In this document: positions 31,963 through 46,451 of the stretch, piece by piece
Layout of the letters: every line of letters begins with the position of its first letter
Numbering within the stretch: the first letter of the stretch is position 1
From: Proteromonas lacertae
Lineage: Eukaryota
Assembly: GCA_002245135.1 (NCBI GenBank)
Contig: NGBS01000026.1
Span: 1-64,000 of the forward strand
Direction: 5' to 3'
DNA: 64,000 nucleotides
Made by a program: the position numbers and the translations under genes
The notes under the pieces: generated by a model
Told to the model about the DNA's origin: nothing
What the model saw: only the letters and a program-made list of their open reading frames with translations
Databases searched by the model: none

Positions 31963-34008
31963 ATGAAAGTATTGTCTCAGATTAAATATATATCATTTCA
32001 ATAGCTTTTATTTTGTGGTGATGTGGAGGGAAATTTTAATATTTTGATAAGTAGAGTCAATAATATTAACTCATCAAAGAATGGACCTTTTGATGGATTG
32101 TTTTGCATTGGAAATTTTTGGAATGACGATGCTGAATCTGAAGAATTTAGTATATAACAGTTAGAATATTATATTCAATAGATTCAATAAAAACTGGTAC
32201 TGGCTTTCCAATTCCTGTTTATGCATTTGTTTCTAACACAAATAGTGTATATATAAAAGGATTAGAAGAAGGACAAGAATTGTGTAATAATTTATACATT
32301 TATAAATCTTTTGGTTTTATTACAATAAATGATATTGAAGTAAGATATTTTGTATATAATAATGATAGATAGTATATGTTTCTTCAAGAATTTCATCCTC
32401 TGATGCAATGAAATTGGTAAATGATTCACCAAAGAAAGTTGATTTTATATTTACATCCTATTGGCCAAAAAAGTATAATATAGTTTATATAATAATATTA
32501 ATATTAGTGTTTTATCAAATATACCAATGGTTCCATTCACTCCGATAGGTATATGTTCAGAAATTGATATAATATTACATGAAATATACCCTCGTTATCA
32601 CTTCTCATCATTGAATGTATATTATTATATTTTTACTTTTTGATTTTTATATTTTTTAGAAAATATTTTATCAAAGATTACCATATGGAACTCCCTATTC
32701 ATTTTACACTCGTTTTATTAGTTTAGGAAGTATTAAAACTGATCCACAATTTAAGCACAATACCAAATATCTTCATGCATTAAGTTATATTCCATTAAAA
32801 ACTGTATTATATGTCATTATTTAATTGTTTAGATTACTAACGAGACTTTGATGAAAGATATTCCACCCAGTGTAACTGCATCTCCATATCAATCTACTGT
32901 TACTAATACAATCACTCCAATTATTCATACTGATAATAATAACAATGAGAAAGTAAATACTAATTCTACTTTGAATGTAAATGCTCAACCATTTGTTCCA
33001 AATAATACACTAGCAACAATTAATACTATTAACTCTGAAACAGTACCACCACCACCACAACAACAACAACATCATTACCAACAACAACAACAAGAATCAT
33101 TTCATCCAGTTAGTATATAATACTAATTATATATAATTAATAGATATTCCTCCACAACACTACACATGTAAGATCTGTGGAATTAAAGGTCATTATATAA
33201 ACGATTGTCCTCAAAAGAATCAAAAGAAATGTCCTCCTGAAGGTTATGTCTGTAAGATATGTGGAGTAAAAGGTCATTTCATTAAAGATTGTCCAAGTAA
33301 ATCACAATCTACACTACCACAAGCCAACTCTAAACCACAAGCTTGCTGGTTTTGTTTAGCAAATCCATCAGTTGAAAAGCAATTAATTATAGAGTATATA
33401 TATATATATATAATAATTATAATAATAGTATAAATGCACATTCTTATTTAGCATATCCAAAAGGATTAATAAATGATTATCATATACTAATCATCCCAAT
33501 AAGTCATATTAATTCAATTATATCATTATCAAAAGATGCTCAAAATAATATTAATTATTATATACAATGTATATCAAAGTATTACCAATCTATGAATATG
33601 TCTCTTGTCTCATTTGAAAGGAAAGTAACAAGTTCAAAAACTATGCATGCTCATATTCAATGTATTGGAATCCCAAGTGATTGTATTGAACAAGGAACTG
33701 TAATATTAAGACAAATAGCTGAACATAACAATTACAATTTCCAACAGTATCCCGTTGAGAATGATTTAAAAGAGATAGTTGGTGAAAGAGATTATTTCTA
33801 CTTTCATTTCTTTGAAAATGGTGTTTTGAAGTATAGATTTATTCATTTTATGGATGGAAGAGGTTTTAATTATAATTTTGGAAGAGATGTTTATGCTGCT
33901 ATGTGTGGTCATCCTGAATTGAGTGATTGGACGTTATGTCAAAGTAATGTTGATGAAGAGAAAGAAAAATCAATGAAATTTCATAATTCTTTAAAACCAT
34001 TTCTTTGA
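31963..34008 (+). CDS. CWF19L1: CWF19-like 1 (Drn1/CwfJ family) with two CCHC zinc knuckles; multi-exon
   Basis: MK|LLFCGDVEGNF, GPFDGLFCIGNF, PRYHF, two CKICG..GH.I.DCP knuckles, CWFCLANPSVEKQLI, HAHIQCIGIP, NFGRDV..DW. Confidence 0.88.
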
Positions 34009-34101
34009 TTGTTTTTAAAAAAATGAATTATTATTGTTGTTTGTCTTATTAAAATATACAAAAAATGTAATACATAACAAAAACAATCTAATGAATGTAA
34101 A

Positions 34102-34659
34102 TTATTGTTGATTATTCTCTTTCTTTTGTTTTCCTTCATAATCTTCTATTGCAGCTTTTACTGCTTCTTCAGCTAATAAACTAAAATATAGTATAATGCT
34201 AAAAAAATACCTGCAATGAATTTTCACAGGCGGTAAACTTAAATATTTAGCTATTTGTGTGTTTTTGATTGTCAAAGCTTCATCAACAGTTTTACCTTTA
34301 ATCAATTCTGTGGCATAACTGGAACTAGCAATTGCAGAACCACATCCAAAAGTTTTGAATTTTGCATCAACTATTTTACCATTTTCAACTTTAATCTATT
34401 ATCAAGAGAAGATTATTATTGAGAATACTTGTAACTTCATAACATCACCACAAGCTGGAGCTCCAACAACTCCAGTACCTACATCTTTAGCATTTTTATC
34501 AAGAGATCCTATTATAATCATTCACTAAATCATACCAACATTTCTTGGATGTTCATAATGATCAATAACTAAATCATCATAAAATCTATTACATCTATAG
34601 AGTGCAGATATGGCATTTGGACGAATGACTGATTTTAATATTGAAAATCTAGATAACAT
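34102..34659 (-). CDS. ISCU: Mitochondrial-type Fe-S cluster scaffold IscU/Isu1; multi-exon
   Basis: Presequence-like [14 protein letters not shown], then [45 protein letters not shown] and [10 protein letters not shown]. Confidence 0.95.
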
Positions 34660-34741
34660 CGAAGAAAGGAAGAGAAATGTCAAAAATACTTGTGTATTGT
34701 CAAAGTTGGTAATTTTGACCATTTTTCATTTTTGCATAATT

Positions 34742-37537
34742 ATGGATTCCTGGCAACCTGATCAAAATGTACTTCAAGAATTAGTAAATATTTTTGATAT
34801 GGGAAGACAACCCGATAAACAACAGGATGTAACAACAGTATATTTGTTTATTTCTACCAATTTCTAGTGGTTAGCTCAATTTAAAACTCGAGAGGATTAT
34901 ATCTTATATATGACATATGTATTTTCATTGACAGATCTTGCAGATACTGATATTAGATTAATGGCTGGTTTTCAATTGAAAATTGCATGTCAAAGATTTC
35001 ACAAGTTAGGGATTGACCTTCAGTTATACATTGAATCAAATCTAGTTAAAACACTCTTTGAAAATGTTGCATTAGTAAGGCAAACAACAGCAACTATTAT
35101 TTCAACAATAATTAGTAGAATTGCATTTTACCAATGGACTGATTTAGCTAATATTCTTTTTCAATCAGCAAATGATTCAAATCAAATTGTAGTTGAAACA
35201 AGTCTAGATACACAGTATAAAATAATGGAAGATAGACCAAATGCATTTTATGAAGATAATAATACAAATATACTTTCCACCTTCTTACCAATATGGGTTA
35301 ATAATATGACAAATACAATAGGTAATATAGGTAAATATTCAATGTTATTATTAGAGAGTTTATTAGAAGGAGAAGAGCATGATGAAATAATTCCATTTCT
35401 ACCATCCTATATACAAAATTTAAATACAGTAGGACAAAGTGCGTCTAATAGTAATAACGAATTAATTCTTTCATTAGTGTGTAACTCATTGAATTTATTA
35501 TTTGCTCATTATTCCAAGGAATTATCCGAAGGATTTGAAAATACAGTTAATTTTATGATGGTAATGATGCAACATCGAAGTGAAATTGTTGCAATTAGAG
35601 CCACTGAATTTTGGAGTAATATTAATGAAATGCAATATGATAGTAATGTATTAATACCTAAACTAGATGGAATAATTAAGATATTAGTAACAAATTTGAA
35701 ATTGTCTGAAGAAAGTAATACATATTTATCATGTTATGAATCTAATGATATTCCTGACAAAAAAGAAGATATCAATCCATCCAAAAAATCATTTAGTTCA
35801 GGAGAAATATCATCAGATGATATAAATGAAGAATGGAATAAAAGAGTTGTATCAAGTCGAGCTTTAGAATCATTAGCTTTGGAACATAGTGATCATGTGT
35901 TAAGAATAATAGATCCATTCATTGCTGTATATCTTATTATTATTATTATTATTATTATAAATAGCAATTATTAACAAGTTCAAATGAATTATTAATAGAA
36001 ACAGGTATATTAAGTTTAGGTGTAATTTCACTTGGATGTAATACTGAGAGTTTTATTACAGCTCATATTCAAGATTTGTTTAATTATTGTGGAAAAGATA
36101 AACATCCATTAATTCGTTCAATTACAATGTGGACTTTGACAAAATATTTGAGTGTAATATCAAGTGATGTATATAGATATATAATATTTTTTTAATAGTA
36201 TTTATATCTATCACAATTCATTGAATTATTATGTCAAAATGCACAAGATCCAATTAAAATGGTGGAAGAAATGAGTTTATCTTCACTGTCAATAACAATC
36301 GAAACAGTTGATGAAGTAATTGAGAGTTTTGTTGATGTTATAGTTAGTAGATTATCTCATTTATTTTCATTCTATCAACTAAAGAATTATTGTGCTTTAT
36401 TAGATACAATTACTTGTCTATTTCAAAAATGTTCTCCTGAAAAACTAAAACCATATTATCTACAATTAGGAAAACCAATAATAGATAAATATTTATCTTT
36501 AAGTGAAGCAGATACATTATATTTCTATGTTTGTGATTGTATGTCTGAAATGCTGCCTGTATAATTATACAATATAATAATATTAGATATATGTTGAAGA
36601 ATATAATCAATACATTCCACAGATTTTTCACAATTCATTACAACTATTAGATTATTATGTGGTAATGAAATCATCAGCTGAAAATGTATATCTTATTTTC
36701 ATCGTTTATTATGCATAGGAGAAAGAGATTGATTATCAAGTAGTTGATGGTGAAAATACTGGTTTGCAGTTCATTGGTTCTATAATAACAGATTATACAG
36801 AACAAGGAAGAATATTATTTTCACAAACACCAACATTATTGAATCATATAATAACTAATATGATATCTTCTGAACTATCCGTTGAACAGACTATTAATGG
36901 CTTGATTGGAGATATAGCAATCAATTATTTTGATTATATAAAACCAAAAATTGATTATATACTTTCAACATTATCTAATGAACTATGTATTCCAACTGAA
37001 GAAGATATTGATAAATTGGTATATTTGAATAATGCAATTTGGGCTATTGGTGAAATAATTAAACAGTTACAATATGATTCTAAACCTTATGTTGAGTTGT
37101 TGTTACAGAGATTATTAGGATTATGTCCAATATGTGATACAGTTGATTCAATTAAAGAAAATATAGTAGTTACAATTAGTAGAATAGCAATACTATACCA
37201 TAATGATATTATGAATGCTAAATTTATTAATATGAATGATTATTTCAAATTCTGGTGTAAGAGTGCAACAAAAATGTGTGATGGTTATGAGAAAGATGAT
37301 ACATTTAAAGGAATGTGTATGTTGTTATCGCATGATCTATCTGTATTGCTGGACAATTTAAGAGAGTTTTGTTTGGCTTTATGTTCATGGGAAGAAACAC
37401 CAATGAAAGAGTTGAATGATTTAATCATTCAACTCTTTTCAGTTTCTTCCCAATTCAATCCAGAATTATGGAACAAAAACTACCAGCAGATTGCTGGTAG
37501 TTATAGAATTATCCTGAGGGAGAGGTATGGAATATAA
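34742..37537 (+). CDS. TNPO1: Transportin-1 / importin beta-2 (HEAT repeats); multi-exon
   Basis: MDSWQPDQNVLQELV, IRLMAGFQLK, VAIRATEFW, acidic loop DIPDKKEDINP, EWNKRVVSSRALESLA, NNAIWAIGEI, EKDDTFKGMC; ~30-nt introns (e.g. 34838-34867). Confidence 0.88.
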
Positions 37538-38532
37538 TTGTTTAATTATTTTTGTTTTTGTTTTACAAATGTGTTTGTTATTATGCAAAACCTCATCTAT
37601 AAAATAATTAAAAATTAAAAAAATTATTTTTAGAAAAAAAAATGATTTATAAATAAAATGTTTGAATAAACTCAAACATTTAGGATTTTTATAGTGTTTT
37701 ATCGCTAATTAGATAATATATATACACTAAAGAAATGACATTCATATGAAAGGAGAAAGAGTGAAGATATTTAATGAAAGAATATAATGAAAGAAAGAGT
37801 AGAACAACATTATTTACTAGTAAGAAGTATAACAAATACATAGAAGAAATTATTCTCTAGATGATAAATCATCATTTGAGATTGAGAATGGGAAGTCTCC
37901 TCCCTTAAAAGAAGCAAATTATGGTTCAAACATTATTTAATAAAAAAACAAACACCAATTCAATAAAAAACAATAATAATAATATTAATTATCATCATCA
38001 CTAATGATGATTCATTCTTTTCATATGGTTTTCTTTCCTCTTTTTCTTTTCTCCTCTTTCTACTTCTAAATCTCTACTAAAATAGTTTTTGATATTTCAT
38101 TAAGTATTATAGTATTGTTATATAAATAATAGTATTTTTGGATAACAGTCATTATATTATATATATATTCTAACATTCTGTACTGTTTATTAAAAACTGG
38201 TTTTTCATATTTAAATCTAGCCGTACTAATATATGCCTGGTGGAATTGAATTATTCAAACTGCATAATTTAATCACTAAAATTTTCGCTAACATTCAATT
38301 TTTATGTCAATTCTGTTATTTTTTGTTTATAATCGTTATACAATATCTAATTAGTGATAAAATAGAAAAAATAAAAAATCTTAAAAAAACTCGAGACAAT
38401 CAAACCAAAAGAATAAACACTTTTTCTGTTTGGTTTATAAACATATTTATTTAACAAAGTGACGTTGTTAAGTTAATAGCATACTATTTATCAAGCATAT
38501 TTCGTGTAAAAAGCTTTATTTAACACATATTT

Positions 38533-39777
38533 ATGTCATATCAAATTGTTAGATATGAGAATATGCAGCCAGTTGATCAGAATTTGTATAATGATAATAA
38601 TATATTTTTTGTAATATATAAATAGATTAAGTACTGACATTGCTGTAAATGCTAGACAGAGAAATTATTACATAATTACAGGTATTAGTTTAGTAGTAGC
38701 TGGTGGTGTTTTAGTATTTGTAAATATCGTCATGAGTGGAATAGTTTCACACGTAATTCAGTTATTTAATCTTAAAAATATGGTTATTTATGTATTTGTA
38801 ATAGTGACGCTTATCACAGTTATGTCAATATTAATAATAAGGTATTTACTATGGGGAAAGATCGAAAAACCGTTAGTCAATTTTGCTGCTAGAAGAGAGT
38901 TAATGCATTTCTACCTTGGTTCAAAAGAGTATTATTCACAAAGAGCACGTTATTTGTATGAAAGACGTTTAAGAGGATTTACAACACCACAGTTAAAAAC
39001 AACATTTCAAAAATTCTGTTATTGTATGTTAATTTTCATTTTATATTATAATAATAATAGATATTGGTTGGTATCCTGTTGGAGATATATTTCATTTCAC
39101 AGATACTTATGCTCAACAGCATTTGCACCAACAGTCAAATAAAGTATCATATATAATCAATCATATTATGTTTGTATTATGTAGAAAACCTTAGTATTGG
39201 ATTTAGATGAGACATTAATAGCATCTGTGATGAAAGAAAGAGCCAGAAATGACGAGACATTTGATGAAGAGATTTCAATCCAATCGAATGACAAATATAT
39301 TCGTTTTTATGTTTATTATCGTCCATTCTTGGATAATTTCCTAAAAGTAGTAAAGAAATGGTATAATATTGTGATTTATACAGCAAGTAAAAGATCTTAT
39401 GCTGAACCAATTGTAAAGAGAATGAACCAAAAGTTTAACAGTATTTTATCAATATTTTTTATGTACTTTTTAGATTGTATAAAAAGACTTTACTGTAAAG
39501 AATCTCTTGTAACTCAAAATGATGGATCTGCAACGAAAGACCTTACGAAAGTGCTTGAAGACCTTACAAAGGTTGTGTTTATTGATAATAACATACACAA
39601 TTTTATATTGCAACCTAGTATATTCCTAATTTATAAATTTGAGTAGATAATAGTATATTAATAAGAAGTTGGTGTAATGATAACAATGAAGATCGAGAGT
39701 TAGATAATCTTATACAATTGCTGGAAGCATTAAGTCTTGTAGACGATATAACCTCCGTTTTAAAGCTAGATCAATGA
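38533..39777 (+). CDS. FCP/SCP (NIF) HAD phosphatase with N-terminal transmembrane segments (Nem1/CTDNEP1-like); multi-exon
   Basis: KTLVLDLDETLI (DxDxT), YVYYRPFLDNFL, IVIYTASKRSYAEPIV, KDLTKV..VVFIDN, EDRELDNL; two hydrophobic stretches upstream. Confidence 0.8.
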
Positions 39778-40054
39778 ATTGAGTTTTTTTCATATCCATT
39801 CAGAATTAATTTAGTAACTTATATTAATATTTTTGATTTATTATGTTGTAATGTTGATATTCAAAGTAATTGATCTATATGATAAAAAAGTGGTATAGGA
39901 TTGTAGCATTTTTAATGAATATGACACAAATAAGGTTTTTATCTCAACAAGTATTTTAGTTCACAAAATATACGCGAATTTGTCATGTACATAAAAAATT
40001 TAAGGTGGTTTTTGATTGGTTTAAACTTCAAAATTTTTAAAGAATAGTTAAGGA

Positions 40055-43000
40055 ATGGCAGAACAGGCTACAAGGTATATATTTTATTTATTGTTTATAT
40101 AGTCCACTTAAGTCCTTTCATAAGAATATGCATTGGGTTAAGAATCAAGAACTTTTTGCTAGAGAGGACGTATACCATTTTAAACTATACATTTTAGTTG
40201 CTTATTTATTTAGATCAAACTCACCCTCGTTTAGAAGAAGTTGACGAGAAACATGAATATTTACACAAGTTGCATCCCATTTGCGGTTCTGCTACTGGTG
40301 GCTATTGCTGTTGTAGAGGTAAGTCAGACTTTGCTAAGTATGGAGCTGGAATTGTTCTTTATTTCAAATATTTAGTATAAATATTGTTATTTAATATGCT
40401 AGAAATATTTTGCTTCTATTTTCTTAATCGCATCCATTTTCTTTTCAATCCCATGTATGGTTCTTTACTATGGAAAAGGTCCATTAACTAATGAAGCAGG
40501 TAATTTCTTTAACAACTTCTTATCAGCCACTACAATAGCGAATATAGGTTCAGGAACAAAGTTACTTGTAGAAAGTAATGAAAACAAGACAGTTATACTG
40601 AATTGTCCTGAAGGTAGTATTCTTACTGGTATTACTGCAATGTACGGAGAGCCAAAAGGTGATATAGATTGTCCAGCAGTTCAGCAACCTAATTCTAATG
40701 GAAAATGTTTCGAAACATATAGAAATGGAACATGTCCAATAGGTAAATATTGTCATCTAGCAAGACACCCTACATCTAATAGTAAATGTTGCTATCGTAC
40801 TCCAGAAGGATTAGGTGATAATGAATATGATAAAGGTAGATTAAGTGATACTAAATGTAATAGCACATTTGCTTCCTATGTGATAAATGGTCAGTGTTAT
40901 GGTAAACAGACGTGTAGTGTTGAAATTGTTAATGATAGAGATTACTCATGGAGTGAAACTGAAACTACTCCAGTATATATTTAATATTATTGTTTATATT
41001 ATATTATATATATATATATATAGTGTGTTCCTTCAAAGAATGCTGTAAATGTAGCAGGTGAATGTGAATCACGATTGTTTGGTCCATTTGATGAAGATGA
41101 TGTATGTAGTCCATCACAACCAAAGAGAATAATTGTTACTGCAGCTTGTTATTGTATATATATATATATATAATAGTAATTATTTATTTATTATTATTTA
41201 AATAGCTAAAGAAGTTATTGGTCCAGTTGAAGTGACAATATCAAAGAGTTTTGTTGTGTATTTTATTAGTATTTTAGATTTTGCATTGTATATATATACA
41301 TTATGTTATTTTTAATATTATAGAGTTGCGTTTTTATTTATTATGTGGTATTGGTTCAAAGTAGCAGAAACATCAGCTGCAGCTCAAGCACAAAAGATCA
41401 CTTGTACTGTAAAAGATTATACAGTCATTATCACTCATTTACCAAAACATCAAAGCATTGCACAGTTATATTTTTGGTTAAAAACTCATTTTGACCATTT
41501 ATTGAAGTCATATGATCATCCAGTAACAGGTGAGTTATTAGAACATGGTAGAATTGCTGATATTAACTTTGGATATAAAACTGAAGGTGTTGGTATACAG
41601 TTATATACAAAAAGAGGATCATTATTATTAGATTTCCAAACAGTATTTATATTTATATATTTATATATATATATTATTTTAAATAGTTGGATATTAAACA
41701 AAAAGGTTTAGGTGATTGGGATTTAACTGAATTAAGAGCATGTGCTAAAGAAAGAAAGAAGTTAGAGAATAAGTTAAGAATCTTAGATGCACAAATTGAT
41801 GTATGGGAAAGTACATTAAAAGCAAGAGCTGCCTTTGTTACGTTTGAAAGCGAAGAAGCTTGCTTATATATTAAAGAAATCTATTCGACTAGTTTCCATT
41901 GTTGTAATCGATCTTTAGGTGAATTATCGTTACAAAATACAAATATTAAAGTGAAAGAAACTGTAGATCCGACTGATGTGAAATGGGAAAATATTGGTGT
42001 ATCTCCCTGTAGTGCATTTTGTAGATCATTATTTACTGCTATTGTCTCAGTGATTATGATTATTATATCATTCATTATTATTTACATCGCTAAGATATAT
42101 CAAGGTAAATTAACTGATGAGTATGATTCAGTTGATTGTAGTGTATTTGCACCATCTCAATTGACATTAGTAGATGTAGTAATTGATGTATATCCAGTGG
42201 ATTTCCATCAGAATGTTGGTAATACAGGTAAACTAGGATGTTTCTGTTGGAATTACTTCTTAAAACATCCAACATCAGTTACAAGTCAAATATTCTCACT
42301 TCCAGATCCAAAGTTGATCAATGATAAGTTTATTGAAGATAGTAGAAAAGCTGCATATGCTGATAATAATACATTTGATATGAATTCAAATCATGAAAAA
42401 TGGAATAGCGATATTTTAAAACCATGGGTTGGTGTAGAAAACTATGAAGTATCTGAAAAACTGTGTGGTAATTATGTATCAAGATTAGCACTAAGTCAAG
42501 GTTTAACCATTGTATCTGTATTAGCTGTGCTTATTATCAACTTTATCTTGACTCAATGTATTTATGCATTGATTAGATTTGAAAGAAAGAAATCTGGTTC
42601 AGGTGAATTAGCTAGTTTGGTGGTGAAGATTTTTATATCTCAATTCTTAAATACTGCTATTATTCTACTATTGGTTAATATGAATTTAGACAGGTTTGAT
42701 GTAAGCTTGGAATTATTTGATGGATTTGCAATCTTAGGCGGACAATGGGATTTCTTCTCTATTAAATGGTACAGTGTAATTGGTGTATCAATTATTATTA
42801 CTATGATAATCAACATAGTATCAGGTATTGCATCTCCAATTGTAGGATATGTATTAAGAGGTTTAATGATTTGGATTGATCGAGGATTTAGTTTTGATCC
42901 ATTTGTTACAAGACAAAAGACTTTAACTGATTTAGAAGCTATTTATACTGGTAAAGTGTTCTTTTTAGAACAATCTTATGCTTGGACATTGAATACAATG

Positions 43001-45121
43001 TACGTATGTTTAATGTACAGTTTGGGTTGTCCATTTTTACTTATTATTTTGTTCTGTGCTTTTACTATTAAATATTGGGCTGATAAAATAGGATTTTTAA
43101 GAGTTTATAGAACACCAGATAAGTTTGACAGTAGTTTGCCTCAATATGTCACTACTATAATACCTTGGGCATTATTAATACACGTTATATTGTCATGCAT
43201 TATATTCTCTGATAATTTAGCCTTTCAAGAAGATCCTGGCTTTATGGGTGTTGTTAGTGAAAATGAAATAGTTGGTGCAGTAACTGATTTCTTTGATAAT
43301 TCTGATTTGAAATTTATCAGTCAATTAATTACACATGTTCCACATCTAGTAGTATTATTTGTATTGTTGGCTTTATATGCAATATTTGTTATTTTAAGCA
43401 AATTAATATCCTGCAAGTGCTGTAAAAGAAGAAATTACTTCTATAAAGGATTAGGATCTTATTATGATAAATTATCATTAACATTCTTAGGAAGATCATT
43501 GAAAACAAATTATGTAAAAGTAGCAAACATAGAAAAATGGGAAGAATTATATGAAAAGAAGAGAACTGAGAGAAAGAAGAGTTTAAATGTTGCTGCAGGT
43601 GGTGTATCTCCAACTGATTATGATGATGATGATGATGATATTGATTATGGCGCTTACATGACTGGTATTCCAACTTATGATTTATGTGATAATACAAAAT
43701 TCCAAAACGCATTTTCATTGAATTTAGATGATAGATTCTTCAATGTAAGAGCTCCAATTGATGTATTAGCTGAATCTTATGAAAATCAAAGACAAAGAGA
43801 TGAAGATATGTTGTTATTAAAGAAAGGTGAATATTCTGCAAGTAGAGTAGCAATTATTGAGAAATTATTTGCTACTGCTGATTTATATGATGAAGATGAA
43901 ACTACAATTGGTGATCTTGCTTTAGCTATTGATAGAGCTTTACCTGAAGTAACTTATAACACCTGTTGCTGTTCCAAACCACCTAAAATTGAAGAAACAA
44001 TATGTTATAAAATTGCTTCTCAGATTTATGATATTTGTGATTTAGATCCAAACAGTTATTTGAATCTTAGTTATTGGGTTAATGAAATGTATCATTTCAC
44101 TGAAGATTTCAATCAATTTGAATTTGCTACATTCCAATCCATTCTTAATCCAGCAATAAAATCTGATTTAACACCATACATGTGGGATTTAATAAATAAA
44201 AACAATGAATTTGAAGCTGGAACAGGAAGATTTAAAGCCAATGTACAAGCTGCAAGTATAGAATTAGTAAATGGTGATTATAGTTGCATTGGTAGAAGAA
44301 ATGGTGGTTGTGTATTCTTCAAAAAGACTGATGAATGTAGTATTATCTTACATCGAGTATTCTTCAAAGACAGTTATGTATGGAGATTCACTCAAATCTT
44401 AAGTGAATATGAACCAGAAAATGATGATAAAGATCCTGTTATAGTTGATAGACATGAATATTTATATCAAGCTAAAGAGATGTTATCAATTGGAATACCT
44501 CCTCAAGGTGGTTATGCTTATACTAATCCTCACGATACTGATGTACTACCTCCATTAGTACATGTATTTGGTCAAGAAGAAACAAAACAAGCTAGAAAAG
44601 TAAATGATGAGAAGAGAAAGAGATTAGAAAAAGCCAAAGAAAAGCTAGAAGAAACATTGAATGATTGTTATAGAAAAATTGATGAAAATACTAAGAATAT
44701 CGAAGAGTTGAAAGAGACATGTCTTCAACAAGAAAATGGTATTAGTATTTTATTGAAACAATTGAGAGATTTAGGTGATACAACAGCTAGATCAAATATT
44801 CCATTAAGATTTATGGAAGAACAAAAGAATGAATCAAGCAGTGGCTTGACTCGAAATATGTCAACATCAAGAAGAGGATCAGTTTCTGATAAGAGAATGA
44901 GTGTAAGATCAGTTGGAGCAATAAGTCCAGTTGAACAACCAAGAAGCAGTAATGCAAACAACAGTAATAATGCTAACAACAACAGTAATAAAAGTGGAAG
45001 TAATTCAGTTAAAAATACACCTTCTTCTGCACCTGTAGATAAAAAGAAGGTAGTTGGAACTGCATTGAAGATTCCTGGTGCTCCAGCTGCTCCAGCTGAA
45101 GGAGAATCTATTCCAAAGTAA
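40055..45121 (+). CDS. OSCA/TMEM63 (CSC1-like) calcium-permeable channel with SUEL/galactose-lectin-like extracellular insert and long C-terminal tail; multi-exon 5' half
   Basis: YGAGIVLYFKYL, TIANIG, TVKDYTVIITHLP, AAFVTFESEE, DPTDVKWENI, KIFISQFLNTA, WYSVIGVSI, KYWADKIGFLRVYRTP. Cys-rich LNCPEGSIL..AMYGEP..CYGKQTCSV insert. Confidence 0.82.
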
Positions 45122-45501
45122 AAATTATATATTCTTAATTTCTTATTAACAAATCTATTATCTTATATCATTATATCTTAAATTTGTGAAAATGAGTTGT
45201 GTTTTGTGAAGTAATAAAAATTAGAAAATGTCAATAGAAAACTAACTTATTTTAAAAGCATGACTGTATAGATAAAGCTGTATATAACGAAATAAAGTAA
45301 ATCAAACATAGTTTGAGCTATTTAAAAAAAAACTAGGAGTTATCAACATAATCCTAAAATTTGGAGTGTTGATTTTGAAGGTATATATCTGCTTATATGC
45401 TGTTTTTATCTTATTCAATTAATTCACCTCTTTATTAATTTATTTTCTGATATATTTATTACTTTCTGTCTTTCAATCTTTCATATTTTTATATTTCATA
45501 G

Positions 45502-46418
45502 ATGAAATACTGTGTATTTTTTGTTTTAATTACGATTGCTACATGCAATAGTGTTTTGAGAGGTGAAATAGGTGGAGTGCATGAGATTATTACTACAATG
45601 CACTCAACTGAGGAGTTGGTTAGTAATTATATTGTTGATTTGGATGTATCAAGTGGACAGCAAGAAGTACAAGCAATTGGTACACAAATTGAGCAATCTA
45701 CTTCAGCTAAGTTGATTTTACAGACATATGTAAAAATTAAACAGCCAGAGATCCAATCTATTGTTTTAAGTCATTCAAATACATCCAAAGTGATAGAGTT
45801 AAGTCTAATTCCAGCTGGATTAAACGAAATGAAAGGTGAATATGGTATGAAATGCATCTTTCAAGATGGAAATGTTAGGTACATTCCATCTATCAGCACT
45901 ACAATTGAAATTGAAGAATTTGAGAGGAGAATTAATCAATTTTGTGGTGATGATATTGTTACTTCAATCTCCTTCCCAGAAAAGTCTTCCACAGAAGAAG
46001 AGGACGAAGAAATGTTATTAAAATCTCCATTGACCTATTTAATAGAGATAAATGATGATTTAGAAAATTCAGTCATGTTTGAAATCTACAATAAATCAGG
46101 TTTAGAAGGAGTTAGTGATATAAAAATTACTGCAAAGCAGGAATCAAGTGTTGTGGAAGGTTCTATAGCGTTAAAGTACAAAAATTATTCAACTCCATTT
46201 TTCAGTTATAATTCAAGTGAAATAGAGATAAAAAATCTATTAAGTTTATTGCCAAGCATTGATGATGTTGATGTCAAGGTTGAAGATCATCCTATTTACA
46301 CTAGAGGTGGAAAAATAATCACAGTTACTTTTTATGCAAGTGATATATCTAAAGAAGGAGAATCAATAGAAGCAATTTCAAAATTACAAAATAACTCAAC
46401 TGCTACTGTCTGTTCTCC

Positions 46419-46451
<33 letters not shown>

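Noticed and set aside
8368..41690. Alternative genetic code or stop read-through explaining fragmented host ORFs
   Set aside because: The breaks coincide with 26-45 nt GT-AG introns whose removal restores conserved proteins under the standard code.
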